64,000 nt of DNA, taken from positions 1,248,001 through 1,312,000 of the forward strand of contig CBDCTK010000002.1 of assembly GCA_965222225.1 (NCBI GenBank), in the 5' to 3' direction. Made by a program: the position numbers and the translations under genes. The DNA comes from Candidatus Poribacteria bacterium. GTDB lineage: Bacteria; Poribacteria; WGA-4E; JAJDTR01. Below are positions 63,080 to 64,000 of the stretch, one piece after another. The notes under the pieces are model-generated. The model worked only from the letters and a program-made list of their open reading frames with translations. It had not been told where the DNA came from and searched no databases. Numbering within the stretch: position 1 is the stretch's first letter; every line of letters starts with the position of its first letter.

Positions 63080-63934
63080 ATGGACATTTTGAATCTTATG
63101 AAAGAGTTTCCAAATCAAGAATCTTGTCTCAGATTTATAGAGGAAAAACGTTGGAAGGACGGTGTTTGCTGTATCCACTGTGGCAGTGAAAAAGTTGGAC
63201 GCAAGAACAAAAACGACATTACTACTGGTTGGAATTGCTACGATTGTGAATCTAGCTTTTCGGCTACAGCAGGAACCATCTTCCATGGTACCAAGATACC
63301 TCTCCAGAAATGGTTTTTGGCTATCTCAATTCTTTCCAATGCCAAGAAAAGCATATCGAGTTGTCAGCTTGCTCGTGACTTGGACATGAATCAAAAGTCC
63401 GCTTGGTATATGGCAATGCGCCTCCGTGAGAAAATGAGTGATAGTGATGAATTGCTGAAAGGGATAGTTGAAGCGGACGAAACCTATGTCGGCGGCAAAC
63501 CCAGAGCAAAATCTAAGAGAGGTAGAGGCACAAATAAATCTCCCGTCATCGGCGTAGTCGAGAGAGGCGGTCGGGTGGTTGCTAAATTCATGAAGGTTCT
63601 ATCTGGTGAAAATATCAGAGAATTCATCCTTAGCAATGTCTCACCCGATGAGTCTATTCTTATGACTGATGAATTTCGCTCTTACAATAGTCTGGACGAA
63701 GATATCGAAAGACATGTTATCCATCACCAAGAGAGATATGTTTCTGAGGACGGCGTAACTCACACCAACACCATCGAGTCGTTTTGGGCTTGTGTCAAGA
63801 GGTCATTCTACGGAACGCATCATCACTACAGCAAGAAGTGGCTGCCACTGTATATCATGGAGTCTTGCTGGAAATATAATCGCAGAAAAGATGATGAGAT
63901 TTTCATAAGATTTTTTGATGAATGCTTCACCTGA
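63080..63934 (+). mobile_element. IS1595-family (ISXO2-like) transposase
   Basis: Zn ribbon CIHC..CYDC, TIFHGTKIPL, EADETYVGG, TDE, HTNTIESFW; AGGAG RBS; element ends not identified. Confidence 0.92.
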
Positions 63935-64000
63935 GCCACATGAATTGTTTGGCTATCGGTATATTCTGTCAACGACAACATCATGGTGTGCTGAAAATCC

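Noticed and set aside
1-64000. Genome-wide UGA reassignment to Trp or Gly
   Set aside because: RF2 is present, many genes end in TGA, and both in-frame TGAs align with Cys positions
62990-64000. Terminal inverted repeats of the IS1595 element
   Set aside because: No convincing pair seen; the right end may lie outside the window

Overview
Mostly housekeeping chromosome of a diderm bacterium. PhyH dioxygenase, BMC genes and lipoprotein paralogues would fit Ca. Poribacteria, but that is inference only. Core content: prfB-lysS-lolCE/D-ilvE, bamA-skp-lpxD, hrcA-grpE-dnaJ-prmA with CIRCE, three tRNAs, tilS-hpt, rnpA-yidD-yidC-jag-mnmE, a BMC satellite, surE-nadK-recN, a fused IOR, aroE and zapA. 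Three things stand out. (1) An archaeal-type ether-lipid gene set follows the outer-membrane operon: UbiA, DGGGP synthase, ferredoxin, geranylgeranyl reductase and GGGP synthase. (2) The reductase has an in-frame TGA at its conserved active-site Cys with a SECIS-like hairpin just downstream, making it a candidate Sec-GGR; a second candidate selenoprotein (UxxC thioredoxin-TPR) supports Sec usage. (3) At the right end is a cas-less CRISPR-derived module: two near-identical leader+repeat units flank an orphan ORF, one repeat's 3' tag has become a Shine-Dalgarno-like site, and the single spacer partially matches the ORF-driving leader better than its own. Three single-base-deletion frameshifts suggest assembly indel errors.
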